Assembly (NCBI RefSeq): GCF_001194135.2
Contig: NC_069000.1
Coordinates: 1,648,553 to 1,712,552, forward strand
DNA from: Octopus bimaculoides
Lineage: Eukaryota
Direction: 5' to 3'
DNA: 64,000 bases
Shown: piece by piece, positions 60,834-64,000 of the stretch
Layout of the letters: each line of letters begins with the position of its first letter
How positions within the stretch are numbered: position 1 is the stretch's first letter
Made by a program: the position numbers and the translations under genes
The notes under the pieces: model-generated
The model's database searches: none
Told to the model about the DNA's origin: nothing
Seen by the model: the letters and a program-made list of their open reading frames with translations, nothing else

Positions 60834-61614
60834 ATGCACACACAGATTTACATGCATACACGTGTATGTGTGTTAGCATCTGTATGTTTGAGTATACGGT
60901 GTGTGTGTGTTTGTGTGTGTATACGTTATTTTAAACTGAATTCTTGTATGTCAAATAGACATGCATATACGTATATATATTTATGTGTGTGTGTGTGTGA
61001 GTATTAAGAATCAAAGCATCATAACAGCAGACGACATACACTTCTTATGGAAAGACACAAGTTTGAAACATGTCTGTGTCTGGCAGATAGATTTTGTCTC
61101 TTAAAAACGTCCCGGTTAAAAATCTCCTACTGTCTGTCAGTTTTGTGTTAAAATAACCAACCACATTTATCACAGGAGTGGGCTGGGGGTACTTTGAGGC
61201 CCGCTGTGTGAAAACTTCATGGTTGAGTTTGAGAATTTACCAGTGACCCTTAAACACATAAAACATAGGGAACAATAACGGGGCCTCTACTCGGTCGTTT
61301 TTACTTGCGTGAAATAACAGACAAATGTTCTTCTCATTAAACCCTACTGTCTGAAATACAAAAGGTGAAATACAAATTGGTTAAAAGAAATTAGTTCCTG
61401 ATACGCTGTATGAAGCAATAAAGGCAGGATAGTCACGAGTGGAGAGCTTGTGATAAATAGATGTTCTTGGTCAGGGCAGACCTACAACGAAAAACACCAC
61501 CACTGCCAGCATCTCCGTCTGTGTTTCGTATTGAATATATATATACACCATTGAAAAGTGCGATGATGTGGTTTCTGTCTGAGACAAAATCTATTCATAG
61601 ACATGTTGAATTAA

Positions 61615-61828
61615 CCCTTTAACATTCAGATTACTCTGTCAGAGGTAATGCTTATTTATTCACTTTGTTTTCAGTTAATCGTGCATTATCTTCGAGATTT
61701 TCATGATGTAATTGCTTATTTTTAGAATAACTTTGTAGGGTAGGTATGAGAGGCGGGATCTGTCCGGTTTGAACTTAAAACAAGCAGAGTATTTTGGCCT
61801 GATATGGTCGGTTTAAATGCTAAAGGGG
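61615..61828. mobile_element. TTAA-flanked MITE family, about 215 bp (other copies at about 20025-20240, 37114-37313, 37872-38087, 45515-45727; partials near 41920 and 54880-54975)
   Basis: Termini ttaaCCCTTTAGCATT...AATGCTAAAGGGttaa and a shared internal sequence (cagattactctgtcaaatgtaatgc...gtgtgagaggccggatctggcc) recur across copies. Confidence 0.8.
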
Positions 61829-62111
61829 TTTAAATGCTAAAGACAGAGCGAGGTGAGCTTCGTCCCAGCAATGACTCATGAGAACGTCAGGTTCGTTTCG
61901 GCGTTGTTGACCCTTACTAATGACACGTATTTGGTTGTCTAAACAAAATTTCTCCCCCCCCCCCGACATATAGTCAACAGTGAAATAATATATTCACCGT
62001 TGGCGGTATGTCGAGGCATGTGACATCCGAGGACTCAGAATGTCAAACAAAATATAGTAAAGCATTTATTTTGAAAAATCGATTTTACCCTGACGCCAAG
62101 TGAACGTACCA

Positions 62112-62868
62112 NNNNNNNNNNNNNNNNNNNNNNNNNNNNNNNNNNNNNNNNNNNNNNNNNNNNNNNNNNNNNNNNNNNNNNNNNNNNNNNNNNNNNNNNN
62201 NNNNNNNNNNNNNNNNNNNNNNNNNNNNNNNNNNNNNNNNNNNNNNNNNNNNNNNNNNNNNNNNNNNNNNNNNNNNNNNNNNNNNNNNNNNNNNNNNNNN
62301 NNNNNNNNNNNNNNNNNNNNNNNNNNNNNNNNNNNNNNNNNNNNNNNNNNNNNNNNNNNNNNNNNNNNNNNNNNNNNNNNNNNNNNNNNNNNNNNNNNNN
62401 NNNNNNNNNNNNNNNNNNNNNNNNNNNNNNNNNNNNNNNNNNNNNNNNNNNNNNNNNNNNNNNNNNNNNNNNNNNNNNNNNNNNNNNNNNNNNNNNNNNN
62501 NNNNNNNNNNNNNNNNNNNNNNNNNNNNNNNNNNNNNNNNNNNNNNNNNNNNNNNNNNNNNNNNNNNNNNNNNNNNNNNNNNNNNNNNNNNNNNNNNNNN
62601 NNNNNNNNNNNNNNNNNNNNNNNNNNNNNNNNNNNNNNNNNNNNNNNNNNNNNNNNNNNNNNNNNNNNNNNNNNNNNNNNNNNNNNNNNNNNNNNNNNNN
62701 NNNNNNNNNNNNNNNNNNNNNNNNNNNNNNNNNNNNNNNNNNNNNNNNNNNNNNNNNNNNNNNNNNNNNNNNNNNNNNNNNNNNNNNNNNNNNNNNNNNN
62801 NNNNNNNNNNNNNNNNNNNNNNNNNNNNNNNNNNNNNNNNNNNNNNNNNNNNNNNNNNNNNNNNNNNN
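62112..62868. other. Assembly gap (others at 556-953, about 16860-16876, about 27328-27349, 28089-28405, about 44657-44666, 50878-50887)
   Basis: Runs of N, mostly flanked by (TA)n or (CA)n. Confidence 0.99.
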
Positions 62869-63555
62869 ATATATATATATATACACAATATCATATATAG
62901 CATTTCGACGGTTACGACGACGATGGTTCCAGTTGATCCGATCCACGGAACAGCCTGCTCGTGAAATTAATGTGTAATTGGGTGACTACTTCACAGGGAG
63001 ACGAACCCTTAACGTAGGTCTCAGCGAGATTCAGCGTGACACAGAATGTGAAAAAGCTGGCCCTTTGAAATACAGGTACAGCTCATTTTGCCAGCTGAGT
63101 AAGAGTGGAGCCGTGCAGGTGGGTGTCTTCGGGTGATAAATAGATATAACTCGTTAAGATAAAAGTTCCGCAATGTATCTTCTCGTTTCGTGTAAAGAAA
63201 AGCAGCAAGTTAAAGGACATGGCTTCATTTCTATAGAAGATCAATAACAAAATAACAGATGCAAGAAAGTAACAAAGACGCAATACAGCGCAAAAAATAT
63301 ATATGCATATATAACCCTATAAATATGCATATATGCAAATGCCTATATAATCACAAACACACATGCGCACACACATACATATCTCAATATGGCGAGCTGG
63401 CAGAAACGTTAGCATGACGGGCAAAATGCTTAGTGGTATTTCGTCTGTCTTTACGGTTCGATAAATTAAGTACCAGTTGCATACTGTGGTCGATCTAATC
63501 GATTGGGCCCCTCCCCAAAATTTCGGGCCTTGTGCCCAGAGTAGAAAAGAATATG

Positions 63556-63765
63556 GTGAGCTGGCAGAGTGGTTAGCACGCCGGGCGAAATGCGTAGCGG
63601 TAGTTCGTCTGTCTCTAAGTTCTGAGTTCAAGTTCCGCTGTGGTCGACTTTGCTTTTCATCCTTTCGGGGTCGATAAATTAAGTACCATTTGCGTACTGG
63701 GATCGATCAAATTGTCTGGTCCCCTCTCCCAAAATTTAGGGTCTTGTGCCCAGAATAGAAAAGAA
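63556..63765 (+). mobile_element. tRNA-derived SINE, family A (tandem copy at 63388-63545; others at about 59227-59385, 21085-21290, 11045-11205, 6510-6720, 22940-23110, 29760-29900)
   Basis: A-box-like TGGCAGAGTGG, B-box-like GAGTTCAAGTTCC, conserved gtcgactttgcctttcatcctttcggggtcgataaa..aagtacca core in all copies. Confidence 0.85.
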
Positions 63766-64000
63766 AATATAAATTGTGAACGATGTATCTACAATGTCGT
63801 AAGCTAGAGCATTTGGCAGCACTTTGAAAAGGGTCACGTCTTTTCAACGTGAAGGTCAGAAGTGTGGTGACTTTTTCTGAAATTTGTTATTCTTAGCTGC
63901 TGGCAGACAATTTAAATATACGTCAGAACGGTGCATTAAACTGTGGAAAAGGTTACCATTAGAAATATAATTTATTTACAGTAGTCATCTAAGTTTGTAC

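Noticed and set aside
63563-63645. tRNA-like sequences with A and B boxes (also about 9105-9160 and 40910-40965)
   Set aside because: They are SINE heads that continue into SINE bodies and do not form complete cloverleaves.

Overview
AT-rich animal genomic DNA, dense in microsatellites and SINEs, with seven N gaps. The repeat landscape looks like an octopus/coleoid cephalopod, which is an inference and not proven. Two protein-coding genes lie head-to-head. (1) SNRK (SNF1-related kinase), minus strand: only the first coding exon is visible (24824-24230); I found no further SNRK exon in the 24 kb downstream. (2) TDRD9/spindle-E, the piRNA-pathway DExH helicase with a Tudor domain, plus strand: I traced it by hand as 38 phase-consistent GT-AG exons from 30143 to 57052 (4407 nt, 1468 aa). 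It ends in an extra C-x2-C-x12-H-x5-H zinc finger. The rest is tRNA-derived SINEs of several families, TTAA-flanked MITEs, an RTE LINE 3' fragment, an antisense ORF1-like retroelement fragment and simple repeats. Best leads: a hammerhead-ribozyme fold with an intact catalytic core on the sense strand of TDRD9 intron 21, a second decayed Penelope-type hammerhead, the TDRD9 C-terminal zinc finger, the antisense ORF1-like insertion, and several fold-back structures, one of which would fully sequester an exon-like 33-mer. Almost all other ORFs in the supplied track are microsatellite, SINE or N-gap artefacts. Exon coordinates were counted by hand; repeat boundaries are approximate.
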